Below are positions 1-12,013 of a stretch of DNA of 64,000 nucleotides, piece after piece. This DNA is from Octopus sinensis (lineage: Eukaryota): contig NC_043002.1 of assembly GCF_006345805.1 (NCBI RefSeq), forward strand, positions 33,604,001-33,668,000, given 5' to 3'. The position numbers and the translations under genes are program-made. The notes beneath the pieces were generated by a model that was not told where the DNA came from, searched no databases, and saw only the letters and a list, made by a program, of their open reading frames with translations. Within the stretch, counting starts at the first letter, position 1, and each line of letters opens with the position of its first letter.

Positions 1-276
1 ATAGGTTAGAACGTCAGATTAGAACGCTTTGTGGTATTTACATGGGTCTCTTCGCTCTAAGCCCAAATACCGTCAAGGTGTTACTACGATTCCAGAGTTT
101 ACTCTTTAAACTGTTAACACATTCTGTTATGCGTTTCAGCCCTAAGGCTGTGGCCATGCTGGGGCATCGCCAAAGGAAATTCAATCATCGATCCTCAGTT
201 CCGAACACAAGAAAAATTGTTATCAGAGTATTTGGACTCAAGGTAAAAAAAAAAAAGAAGAAATAAATTAACTTAC

Positions 277-553
277 TCCCAGTATTCTTCAACAGATGAC
301 GACAGTGCCAGAGATGAAGATACATTAACATCCTTCGTTGAATTCAGCATCGAGTCTAAAGTGGAATTACTTTGAGAAATTTTCGTCAAGGAAATTGATT
401 CATAGCAACGATGTGTGTTCCAGGGGTTGTTACATTTACTCCAAGCTAATGTAGGGTGCATGGAACTATACAGATAGTATAAGACCCAGGCTATGATCAC
501 ATTGTAGTACACACTAGTGATGGCACATATAATAATCATTCCAGCACCTATAC
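277..553 (-). CDS. SLC6/NSS transporter paralog A, coding exon 3 (TM3 + EL2); gene continues beyond left edge
   Basis: cttgcag acceptor at 554-560, GA|gtaagt donor at 276; translates (G)IGAGMIIICAITSVYYNVIIAW...WSKCNNPWNTHRC...EEYWE, with the SLC6 YYN motif and EL2 Cys pair; same 277-nt length as paralog B exon 61818-62094. Confidence 0.95.
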
Positions 554-746
554 CTGCAAGATAAAAAAAAGCACGGTAGTGCGAATATAGAGTTTGTGGA
601 GTTAAATGTCTTGCAAACAGAACAATATGAGATTAGTTGTTACTGGTTACAATGCTTAACTGCACCGTGCCGTGGGATCAGAGAAGACAGATTGTTAGAA
701 AGATGCACAAATACATTGACATATAGATAGATAGAGAGATATGAAT

Positions 747-783
<37 letters not shown>

Positions 784-794
784 AGGTAAATACT

Positions 795-829
<35 letters not shown>

Positions 830-831
<2 letters not shown>

Positions 832-1475
832 AAGTATTTACCGACCAATCCCATCGAAACAAATCTCTCCTGGTTTCTTCGGTAGAATATAATTACTATA
901 TTTTTCGTGTTCGGCAAGGGATAACTTTCTTAAAATTAATCATACATTTTTCTCGTCGGACCAACTTTTACACCCTTCTTTGAAGAATTCTTCGTATCTA
1001 TAAAAATATGCAGAGACCGTAGTACCTTCTGGTTTATAGCCGAATTTTTCAATTGAGCTTGCTATGCTGTCTGGCAAGTACGAACCTGAAATATTCTCAG
1101 ACTCCTTCAACATTAATTCCAGTAACTGTTGGTTTTGGTGCTGCTGCTGCAATTGCTACTGTTTTGCTCACAACGACCAATAGGTTATCCATGTTAAACG
1201 AATTTTCCTTTGGTTTCATACCAAAAATAAATTTTAAACGTACGACTCAAGCTTCAAACAACTCGTCGCCACTTTTATATCCTTCTATTGGATATATAAT
1301 ATAACGAAGAAGTGGGGAATAAAGTGTATTCCCGACACACTACTATTACTATTACATGAGATTCAAAGCTCTATATCAAAAGCCACAGTGAACTGCTACC
1401 AACACGAACTGCCAATCGCTCAGTTCTTTAATCTATAACAACGAGTCAGTCTACCTTTAGTTACTTCAGTTAACA
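830..1475 (-). mobile_element. Gypsy-type LTR retrotransposon 5' relic (putative LTR, PBS, gag fragment) in an intron of paralog A
   Basis: TGGCGACGAG PBS-like motif at 1262-1271 (minus strand); gag-like SAYFYRYEEFFKEGCKSWSDEK then, frameshifted, LRKLSLAEHEKYSNYILPKKP. Confidence 0.7.
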
Positions 1476-1499
1476 GTGTGTGTGTATGTGTGTGTGCAG

Positions 1500-1812
1500 T
1501 GAGGGCGCGTGGCTTAGGCATTCGGCTCATGATCGTAAGGTTGTGAGTTCGATTCCCGGCGACGCGTTGTGTCCTTGAGCAAGACACTTTATTTCACGTT
1601 GCTCCAGTCCACTCAGCTGGCAAAAATGAGTTGTACTTTGTATTTCAAAGGGTCAGCCTTGTCACTCTCTGTGTCACGCTGATTATCCCCGAGAACTACG
1701 TTAAGGGTACACGTGTTTGTGGAATGCTCAGCCATTTGCACGTTAATTTCACGAGCAAGCTGTTCCGTTGATCGTATCAGCTGGGACCCTCGTCGTCGTA
1801 ACCGGCGGAGTC
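1500..1812 (+). mobile_element. tRNA-derived SINE
   Basis: A/B-box-like head (GGCTTAGG...GAGTTCGATTCCC), then ttgagcaagacactttatttcacgttgctccag core shared with 38690-38966. Confidence 0.8.
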
Positions 1813-2042
1813 TTTTAAATGTGTGTGTGCATGCGTGTGTGTGTGTACATTTTCAAAAAATAGGAAGGACATATCGAATAATGTAGTTCACTACCTTAAA
1901 AGAATATGAAATGGTAGCAATTGGAATGTCTTTGAACATATGTCTTTTTTTTTTCATCAGACTTGATCTTGCTCTAATTAGTTACAAAAATAATAGCAAC
2001 AATGGCTAGTCATCTACTGCGATTTTTAAAATGAAGTCTTAC

Positions 2043-2174
2043 CTTTAAAAAGGGGACACATGACCCATATTTTTCCTGGTCCGAAACTAGCAAATTGGGC
2101 GACAGCGTTTTCAAGCATTAATATTGGGATGGCAGCAAATATCATAAATATGAAAAAGGGAATTAGAAACGCAC
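2043..2174 (-). CDS. SLC6 paralog A, coding exon 2 (TM2)
   Basis: aaacag acceptor, AAAG|gtaaga donor; 132 nt, phase 1-1; GAFLIPFFIFMIFAAIPILMLENAVAQFASFGPGKIWVMCPLFKG. Confidence 0.95.
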
Positions 2175-2316
2175 CTGTTTTAAAAAATATAATCGGAGAC
2201 ACGATTAGATATATATGGTCATATGGTCATGAAATAACATGGAAAAGATAGCAATGATATATATACATACACACATGCACACATACATACATACATATAT
2301 ACACACACACATACAT

Positions 2317-2423
<107 letters not shown>

Positions 2424-2503
2424 TGCAGGATATTTTTTTTCGGGAAAAAAAATTTATCAATGGCCAGCATATAAAAAATACCTTTAAAGGTTAAATTTAT
2501 AAA

Positions 2504-2546
<43 letters not shown>

Positions 2547-2548
<2 letters not shown>

Positions 2549-2671
2549 CGCAAGCGTAAACGTGTGGTAAGAACTTTACTTCCCAACCACATGGTTCCAA
2601 GTTCAGTCACACTGCGGGATACCAAGGCCTTCTGAGTGGACTTGGTAGATGGAAACTGAAAGAGGCCAGTC
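2547..2671 (+). mobile_element. tRNA-derived SINE family A, 5' fragment
   Basis: matches head of full copy 28702-29095 (gtgtggtaag...aaccacatggttcc...gttcagtc). Confidence 0.75.
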
Positions 2672-2675
2672 TAAT

Positions 2676-2720
<45 letters not shown>

Positions 2721-2724
<4 letters not shown>

Positions 2725-3708
2725 TGAGAAAGAAGTCGTCAGAATTTTGGGGGAAAAATCTGTCTATTTCTTCATTATTATTAGCGCTTTTGTTCGTTTC
2801 TCAAACTTGTCAAATAAAATTTTGTGAATGTACAAACAGCTTGTTCATTTATATAAAACATGTTTTGGGGGGTTTTGTTTAGAAGAAGAGAGCATTATTT
2901 TTATGCTGTTTTTTTTTATGAAGTTCCATGACAATGGAGACAGACAGATATAAATGTAGGTGGGTAGATGGGCTGACAGATAGATAGAGAAGGGGAGTAA
3001 GAGAAAGGGATACCTTCCTATTCACCATACATTTATTTATTTAGTTATCTACCATTGAGCAGGGTGTTCAAAAAGTCTCTCCGCAGTAAGTATTTTATTG
3101 CAAAATAAATATTTATAATACGTTATAAGACTACAAAAGAATATGTTAGACTTTACAAAACCTTTATAAGAGGTGTTGAAAGTGTGGTCCTTCATTTTCA
3201 ATACATAAGTTGACTCTTCTACACATATTTTGAAAAAAATTCACTGCGGAAAGACTTTTTGAACACCCTGTATTGGAATGGGTTCAAGAATGGTGACCTC
3301 ATTTTTTTTTTCTGAAGAGATCACCATTCTTAAACCCATTCCAATACAATGGTAAATGACTAAATAAATGATGAATAGGAAGGGGGAGCCCCTTCTCTCT
3401 TTCCCCCTCTCTACCTATCTAACTATCTATCTGTCTATCCATCTATTTATCTATCTATCTATCAGCCTATCTACCTAAATGTATTTCTATCTATCTATCT
3501 CCATTGTTACGGAACCTCACCCAAAGAAACAAAGGCAGTGTTTTCTTCTAAACAAAACCCAAAAAGCATGTTTTATATAAATGATCAAGCTGTTTGTACA
3601 TTCACAAAATTCTATTTGACAAGTTCGAGAAATAAACGAAAGCTCTAATAATAATGATGAAAACAAAAGGTTTTATCTGCAAAATCCTGACGACATTTTT
3701 CTCAATAT
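2721..3708. mobile_element. Large fold-back (palindromic) element with nested MITE
   Basis: 2721-3057 plus 3271-3300 is the imperfect reverse complement of ~3316-3708; centre loop near 3301-3315. Confidence 0.8.
3060..3270. mobile_element. Tc1/mariner-type MITE
   Basis: 28-bp TIRs CAGGGTGTTCAAAAAGTCTCTCCGCAGT / ACTGCGGAAAGACTTTTTGAACACCCTG, TA on the right flank; removing it restores the host palindrome. Confidence 0.85.
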
Positions 3709-3774
3709 TCAATTTCTGTACACCACACCTAACAGTCTATATATATATATATGCATGTATATATTTATTTTTGT

Positions 3775-4035
3775 GTGCGTCTGTCTTTGTCCCTTAAACC
3801 AATGTTGGTATGTTTACGTACCCGTAACTTAGTGGTTCGGCAAAAGTGACCGATAGAACAAGAACTAGGCTTACAAAGAATAAGTCCTGGGGTTGATTTC
3901 TTCGATTAAAGGCGGTACTCCAGCATGGCCACAGTCAAATGACCGAAACAAATGAAGGAATAAATGAATATATTCAAGGTGGTGCCCCAGCGTGACCGCA
4001 GTCTAATGACTGAAGCAAGTAAAAGGTAAAAGGTA
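3775..4035 (+). mobile_element. SINE family A, 3' half
   Basis: cgtaacttagtggttcggcaaaa...gaataagtcctgggg...ccagcatggcc...gactgaa, ending in (gtaaaag)n tail. Confidence 0.8.
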
Positions 4036-4843
4036 AAGGTAAGGTGTGTGTGTGTGTGTGTGTGAATGAGTGAGACCGCATTAAAGTTTGTTCTAACAGA
4101 ACATCCACGTTTAAGTGGGAGTTTCTGTCGCTAATATATATTTTTAAGAAACTAATCGGCTAATCGTGATACAGCGCCTGTTCTGGTACAGTTAATCTGT
4201 ATTATCGCTGGCGGGGAAATGAATCGTTGTTCATCTAGCGGTCGGGTGTCTACCATTGACAAAACCAAAAAAGATCGAAATCATGTGATCTAACGATCTC
4301 GGCGCTGGAGGTAGCGGGAATTTACCTCCCCGCTAGTGATATAAACAAAAGTACATTTTACGCCAATGAGTTTCTCTCATGGTAACTGCCGCAGTAAAGT
4401 TTGTTCTACTAGAACATCTCCGTTTAATTGGGGATAAATGTTACCTCTCTTCGAGTAAAGGATATAGAGTAATAGAGTAATTTGCAGTGAGTGGGGGATA
4501 GAGAGTGAATACAAAGTGTACAAAGTAGCGAAAGGATATAGAGTGACTAAGAGTTAATAGAAAAATGGAGAGAGTGATCGAGATAGATATAAATGAAACG
4601 CAGTAAAGTAAATACATATTTTAAAAACATGGGAGACAATATATTGATGCATTGCGTTTTTATGTTTCTTGTCAACATGCTAATGAGGGCAATCACACCC
4701 TGACGACAGCTGACCGCTTTCACAAGTATTATAAGTGTAGCTGTGTCTCTCAATGCCTGTTGAGCCAATCTGCGGTCCACATTTTCAACACATGTAACTA
4801 TTCTATAACCACGACTATTATTCGTCATTTCTCCTATCACGGG

Positions 4844-4911
<68 letters not shown>

Positions 4912-4920
4912 TATATATTA

Positions 4921-4973
<53 letters not shown>

Positions 4974-4977
4974 GTAG

Positions 4978-5160
4978 AAAAATACAAACTGGGACAAGAA
5001 CGCAAAACACTTAGAAGGCGATACAAAAAACACGGACGGGACATTCGAAGCCCTCAATCTTCAGTCAAGAACCGGATCATCGTAGCAATTTCGGCTGATT
5101 AATCTTGATAGATAGCTCCGATCCGGCCAACCCCCCAGGAAAAACTAAGCTACGAGCATT
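4978..5160 (+). repeat. Dispersed unclassified repeat (reverse copies at ~38225-38600 and ~54700-55185)
   Basis: gggacaagaacgcaaaaca...cggacggg.cattcg...cggctgattaatcttga...gaaaaactaagcta, found three times in the window. Confidence 0.8.
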
Positions 5161-5171
5161 ATATATATATA

Positions 5172-5202
<31 letters not shown>

Positions 5203-5350
5203 CGACGGACTTCTTTCAATTTCCGTCTACCAAATCCACTCAAAAGATTTTGGTTAGCCCGCGGATATAGTAACAGATACTTGCATAAGGTGCCACGCAG
5301 TGTGACTGAACCCGGAACCATGTGGTTGGGAAGCAAGTTTTTTGCCATAC
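5203..5350 (-). mobile_element. SINE family A, 5' part
   Basis: reverse complement of head and core of 28702 copy. Confidence 0.8.
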
Positions 5351-5514
5351 AGCAATATGCAAACAAATATTGGAAGAAAGTATTGTGAGAAGTGAGATAT
5401 TATAAGTGAAAAATATGAGGCCATCTGTTGTGTGAAAGAAGAGTCGTTTGTAAAGTGAAATCTGAGAGAATATGAAAACACAAAGAAATTAGAACATATA
5501 TTTGCTTTGTACAA

Positions 5515-5829
5515 ATGTCACCGTGATCGCCGTGACCGACCAGGCTATCAGATGTTGCTACACAATGATCTGGCCACAATGAGCTTCACATTGTTTTAGC
5601 CATCAAATGACGCCACCCCGCTGGCTAAGCGAGCAGGCCAAGAGAAGAAAGAGTGAGAGAAAGTTGTGGCGAAAGAGTAGAGCAGGGATCGCCACCATCC
5701 CCTGCCGGAGCCTCATGGAGCTTTAGGTGTTTTCGCTCAATAAACACTCACAACGCCCGGTCTGGGAATCGAAACTGTGATCCTACGACCGCGATTCCGC
5801 TGCCCTAACCACTGGACCATTGCGCCTCC
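5515..5829 (-). mobile_element. tRNA-derived SINE family B
   Basis: reverse complement begins ggaggcgcaatggtccagtggttagggcagcgg...tttcgattcccagaccgg; matches + copy 56320-56610. Confidence 0.85.
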
Positions 5830-5869
5830 TTGTACAAATATATGAAGCATAAATGGCGGTGTTACTTAC

Positions 5870-5993
5870 CGCCACCGCTGATGTAACAAAAGTATGGGAA
5901 ACGCCATATATTTGTAAGGCCAACCACCATGCCCACAATCGAGAAGAAAAACTCCGACCATTTCGCCCAGGTTTCTCTTTGTGTCTTCGCCAT
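5870..5993 (-). CDS. SLC6 paralog A, first coding exon (N-terminus + TM1); exon spans 5870-6022
   Basis: ATG at 5993; MAKTQRETWAKWSEFFFSIVGMVVGLTNIWRFPYFCYISGG(G)|gtaagt; RETW and NxWRFPY motifs; cttgcag acceptor at 6023 implies an upstream, probably 5'UTR, exon that I did not locate. Confidence 0.93.
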
Positions 5994-6160
5994 AATTATA
6001 TCGATGAGAATGATGATGATATCTGCAAGTATAACTGTAACTTGTACATATAAGAAAAAGGTGGATCACCATCGAATACTTCTACTTGTTCAGATTTCCA
6101 CTCATATACGCACATACGCACGCGCGCACATAAATACACACACACGTATATATATATACA

Positions 6161-7426
6161 CAGATATGCAAGAAGTAAATAGACGCCTTTAATTTTCATA
6201 ATCTTTTATTTAATACGCAAAGCAAACAATTGAAATGTAATCGATAGGTAGGATTACATACTTTAGTATTTAGTTGACATTCCCTTTGCAGTTTTTAATT
6301 CAGAAACTCTTTTTGGCATTGAACTGATGAGATTTGTGATTGTCTTTTGTGAAATTTCTGCCCACTTTTCAAGCAACAATCGAAACAATTCATCTTAAGA
6401 TTTAGGTTTCTGTCGAGATTTTCGTATACCTCTATCTAGTATGCTCCAAAGATTTTCAATTGGGTTCATGTCGGGAGATTGGCTCAGCCAAGGAAGCTTT
6501 TTGATTCCATTTTCAGTTAGCCATTGTTGATTCTTTTTCGCTGTGTGGCATGGAGCCCCATTTTTCATGAATAAAAACCCATTTTTCGTTATGTTACCGT
6601 GTGAATATATCGGCAGTAATCCTTGCTTAAGTATTTCGATGTATTTTACAGAGTTTATGGTTCCAACACATTCTATCAGCTCGGAACGACCATTGCTGGT
6701 GACAGCTCCCCATAGCATTACAGAGATACCGCCATGTTTCAAAGTTGGTTGGAGTCGTTTCAAATCAAATTCTTGATTGGAAAGCCTCCAGACCCAAACA
6801 CGTCCACTGTTTGAAAATAATGCAAATCTGGATTCATCTGAGAAAATCACTCTATTCCAAAATGAACTGGATTTTTCTGACATCTCCTTAGCCCATTTCT
6901 TTCTTTCCATGATATTAATTGGTTGAAGGAGAGGTTTTCTTCTAGCTGATCGTCCATAATACCCAAGCTTATGCAGATATGTAACACACGTTCTTGGACT
7001 AACTCCTAGCTGTTTTGCAATATCAGAAGCCATCGAACGGGGTTAGTTTTCCGCAATTCTCTTCAAACAGCGAAGCTTCCTTTCTGAGGGCCCAGGTCGG
7101 CCAGGATGAGAATCTGTTGATTCTTTTCCTTGACTATTGCACTATAATTATATTAACAGTAGCAAGAGGAATTTGAAGATTTCCGGCAATTTTTCACTGG
7201 CTAAGACCAGCCTCAGATTGCCCAACCATACGACCTCTTTGAAAATCTGACAGTTCTGCTGAATTATTTTTGTACGTGGCATGTTTACTCTTCGCAAATG
7301 TTTAATATAATGACACCTGGAATGAAAAAGAATAATTACATTGTAAATTCCACACCGCTGAAAACATATTAAAACGCTTAGATCAGAAATTTTGAAAGTT
7401 AAAGGTGTCTATTTACTTCCTGCATG

Positions 7427-7430
<4 letters not shown>
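6161..7430 (-). mobile_element. Tc1-family DNA transposon, defective
   Basis: ~38-bp TIRs (CAGATATGCAAGAAGTAAATAGACGCCTTTAATTTTCA / reverse at 7393-7430, then TA); ORF 6395-7033 with [15 protein letters not shown] (second catalytic D changed to N), 34 residues to SPDMNPIE; N-terminus broken. Confidence 0.92.
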
Positions 7431-7512
<82 letters not shown>

Positions 7513-7514
7513 CA

Positions 7515-8935
7515 AATACACATTCGTATAGAAATGTTTGTGTGTGTTTGCAAAACCAAACCTTCTACCTATACAACAAACTTGGAGAAAACCTCAACTA
7601 CGTGAACTTCTCCTTCAGCCGCCACCACCTTCATCCTGAAATCTTTTGTGGAAAGCGTTTCCTACCGGATTTCCTCACTATCTGCTAATAGGAATTTATT
7701 CGATCAATATGCAGAGTATTACAATTATGCCCTACAACCTGCTGGCTATAAAAACTCAATCGAATATATCCCCATATAGAATATTCCTCCCTCTACTAAA
7801 CCCAGAACTGAAACCGGTTCCCCCTACCACCACCATATAATGGACGTAACATCCCCTTATCCTATCACTGCAATATCCGTCCAGATTTCAGAGTAACACA
7901 CGATTTAACAAACAACCCTCCAGCTAGATTACTCCAAATCTTATATACATCGCAACTCATCGAAACAGACACCAGCGTGCACCTCTAAAACACTGTCCCC
8001 ACCCAGTTAACCTCTTCACACACACACTTACTCGGATTAAACGAACAAGAATTCGGGACGTTATCTAGTTCCACCACCACCACCCCGCCCCCTTCGCCCT
8101 TAATGTTCAACTTCGAGTACCTAAACCCTTCTTCGCCCTTTCCAAAAACATTTTCCTAAATCTAGCCCCCTTAGAAAAAATCTAACTCTCAGTCTATAAA
8201 ATTGTTCTACTCCACCACCTCCAATATCGCCGGAGTTACCCGACATCTTAAAAAGAAACTCAAAAAACCACAACCAGCTAACCCCCATCCTAATAATTTA
8301 ACATCATCATAACACCAAGATCCATACATATAAACTCAAAACACCAACTGGCCCTCCTAACGACACTAACCCTCATAATTCCAACTATAATTCCACTACT
8401 AACATCCGATCCGTAAATTTACCACGACGCCCAACTATGCTCCTTGTAAAAATAGAGAACGACACAGACGATACCACCGGGCACGATAATTATCATATTA
8501 TACAATCCCACAACTCCACTCTCAACTCTCTAACAAATACTAATCTTAACACCAGCAATAATAACGAACCTAACACCGGTTCCTCACTAAACAACAATCC
8601 CCTCACAAGTTCATCCGGAACATCCCCTACAAACCTATGCAACTTGAGACGTCCAGTCTCCTGTCCTTTAGATAACCACTGTCTCACAAAAAACATCGTT
8701 TACAAGTGTACAGTATCAACTGACAATTGTAACTACATATATATCGGCTCATGCAGCACCACCTTCAAAGTTAGAGTGAGCAACCACTATTCCAGTTACA
8801 AGTCCCAAACACAATCCAACAGTACATCGTTATCTCAGCTAATCAATAATCTAAAGATTGATTCAACTCCTTACACCCTCAAGTGGTCCATAGTCCCCCA
8901 CACCAAACCATACATAATGAATACAAATAAAACAA
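7515..8935 (+). mobile_element. Penelope-like element relic (RT C-terminus + GIY-YIG endonuclease)
   Basis: frameshifted RT thumb (..YAEYYNYALQPAGY) at ~7530-7760; CPLDNHCLTKNIVYKC...YIGSCSTTFKVRVSNH...LKWSIV in ORF 8437-9237. Confidence 0.85.
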
Positions 8936-9657
8936 CCCCAGCCCGCCTTTTTCCCTTAACCTTCTTATATTATCCCTTTTATTTACCCTCACTACCACTA
9001 TATATTAAACCAACAATATATCTCTTTAATTCCTTATTGTCATTTACATACTTCTTTCTGTATCTTTTCTTCCCATTTATAAAAAATGTTTCTCTTATTT
9101 CACCTGCCTCCCCCTCTTACCCACAGATCCATACATATAAACCCAAACACCAACTGACCCTTCTAACAATACTTCTACTACTTCATACTGCAAACATGCT
9201 CACCGCACACAATATACACTCCTTAATTGATAGTTAGTTGTAGCAGCCACGATTCTTGCCTATTCTATCTTGCTTTTTTCATGCTTACTCTTTTCTCCCC
9301 CTTGACCAAAAATATTTCCCCACCCTCTTCCCTCCACATTATCTTTTTTTTTTCAAATACCACTCCCCTTGTTAATTTCTGTGATTCGATCAAAACAACC
9401 CTATTTAATACTACCGGTCAAATGTCCTTGCATCCTCTTTCTTCTCACACCCTTATATTTTTTTCTTATTTCTTCTTTTAACCCTAATTTCTCTACATTT
9501 ATATTCTTCATTCCTGCTGGGCTCTCTACGCATTCTGATTGAATCTTCGATGTGTTAACATATACCTCCTTGCGACAATATAAACTTTCATTCAATCAAG
9601 GTATCCTTTGCATGAAGAGTAGCCTACAGTATACACCTCGTTTGGATATTTACCACT

Positions 9658-9868
9658 TGCGTCGCAGGTGAGCTGCAAGATGCAGGAGGAAAGAGTGAGA
9701 GAAAGTTGTGGCGAAAGAGTCAGCAGAAGTTCGCCATTACCTTCTGCCGGAACCGCGTGGAGCTTAGGTGTTTCACTCATAAACACACACATCGCCCGGT
9801 CTGAGATTCGAATCCGCGATCCCTCGACTGCAAGTCCGCTGCTCTAACGACTAGGCCATGTGCCTCCA
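9658..9868 (-). mobile_element. SINE related to family B
   Basis: gaaagagtgagagaaagttgtggcgaaagag shared with the 5640 region; tRNA-like head at ~9800-9868. Confidence 0.75.
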
Positions 9869-10099
9869 CTTACCTAAGTGTGTATACAGAGACATATTTG
9901 TGTGTGTATGTGTATACGTATATATACACAGGAATATCAGATGTATGTGTGTATGCATTATACACACACACACATCTGTTTTATGTATATATGTATATGT
10001 GAGTGTTTGTGTTGAGGGCATTTCTCTCGTTGTGTGTATGTTTACGTATATATGTGTGTATATTCACACATATCTCATGTATAATGTGTATGGAAGGTG

Positions 10100-10310
10100 A
10101 TGTGCTGGCAGAATCTTTAGCACGCCGGGCCAAATTCTTAGCCGCATTTCTTCCGCCTTAACGTTCTGAGTTCAAATGTCGCTGATGTCAACTTTGCCCT
10201 CCATCCTTTCGAGGCGGATGAAATAAGTATTAGTTGAGTACCGAGTTTGATGTGATCAATTTATCCCTTCCCTCGAAATTGGTGGTCTTGTGCCAAAATT
10301 TGAAACCAAC
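10100..10310 (+). mobile_element. SINE family D (also ~43200-43355 minus, ~53085-53265 plus)
   Basis: gcagaat..ttagc...acgttctgagttcaaat...gactttgc.tt.catcctttcg...aagta shared by three copies. Confidence 0.75.
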
Positions 10311-10386
10311 ATAAATAGGAGATGGTTATGGATTGAGCACCTTTGATCGTGAAAGTTTTACTTAAGGGATGACCTTATGACAATAT

Positions 10387-10814
<428 letters not shown>

Positions 10815-11820
10815 ATATATTATATATATATGCAAATTCTATGTGTAATAAAAAATCTCGTACATACATTAATTCTCACATTGATGCTACTACGACATTT
10901 GAGGCAAGGAAAGCATAAATTGATTTCACTTTAAACTATAAATATTATTTTGTTTTTTTGTTTCATTAAAAGAAATAAAATTTGTCATGTTATTATACCT
11001 ATTGAAGTGTAGAGCTGATTGCAATGACATGCCAACGCGGAATTAGAATATATCGGATATTCGCTGAGCAACAACCTTTGCAGCACGCAAAATATATTGT
11101 GAACACTGCTAGGTCCGCAGCTTTACAAAATTAATTTACATATATTCTAATTTTGTTGTATATAATTTGTGTGCCAGCAATGTACCACCTACTTTTTTGC
11201 TAAAAACTTATTAAAAACGTAAAATTATTCTCTTTAATAAGTCATTTACCTACCTTCTGTTGAAATTTTATATGAGTTTTGTAGCAGTTGTTATATAATT
11301 TGTTTTTATTCATGATAATTTCAAATTATTACTAGATAAATACAATGCTAAAATTCGTGGTTAAGGCAAAATCATTGCTGAAAAAATAACAGATCATTTA
11401 TTCGAAGCAACAAAGGCAGGATGCTGTTAAAACCGAGAATTTGAACTTACGGAGACAAAATTTACATATCACCTGAGGAAACACAACCAGATCTCATAAT
11501 GCAGGGAAACAATTGCATAATCAAGTACTTGCATGCCTGGAGAAATATAGTGCGTAGAAACAATTGTAGTGATTGAAAATAAGTGTCCAACAGTACTCCT
11601 TGTTGACTCCAGTTTTTTTTTTAATTGTCTATTCACACACGACAGAGGCCCAAACAAAAACTTGGAAGTACGTAAAATACTACTACTGGATAGTGCAGGG
11701 TGAAATCTGAAGGTGGCCGAGCTTTATATTGTACTCTACTACGTTATTAACAGAATATTCCATAACCAAGTATGCATGAGTGTGTGTACGTGTGAGTATG
11801 TATATGTATATGTATATATG

Positions 11821-11875
<55 letters not shown>

Positions 11876-11979
11876 GTGTATATATATATATATGTATTTA
11901 TATATATATTTCCACGTCCTGCGTTGCTGTGTTTTTTCTCTTTTTTTCTTTTTTTCTGTGTTTTCTTGTTTGGATTAAC

Positions 11980-12013
<34 letters not shown>

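Noticed and set aside
1500-1580. tRNA genes at SINE heads (also 28702 and 56320)
   Set aside because: A/B boxes continue into SINE bodies and no complete cloverleaf is present.
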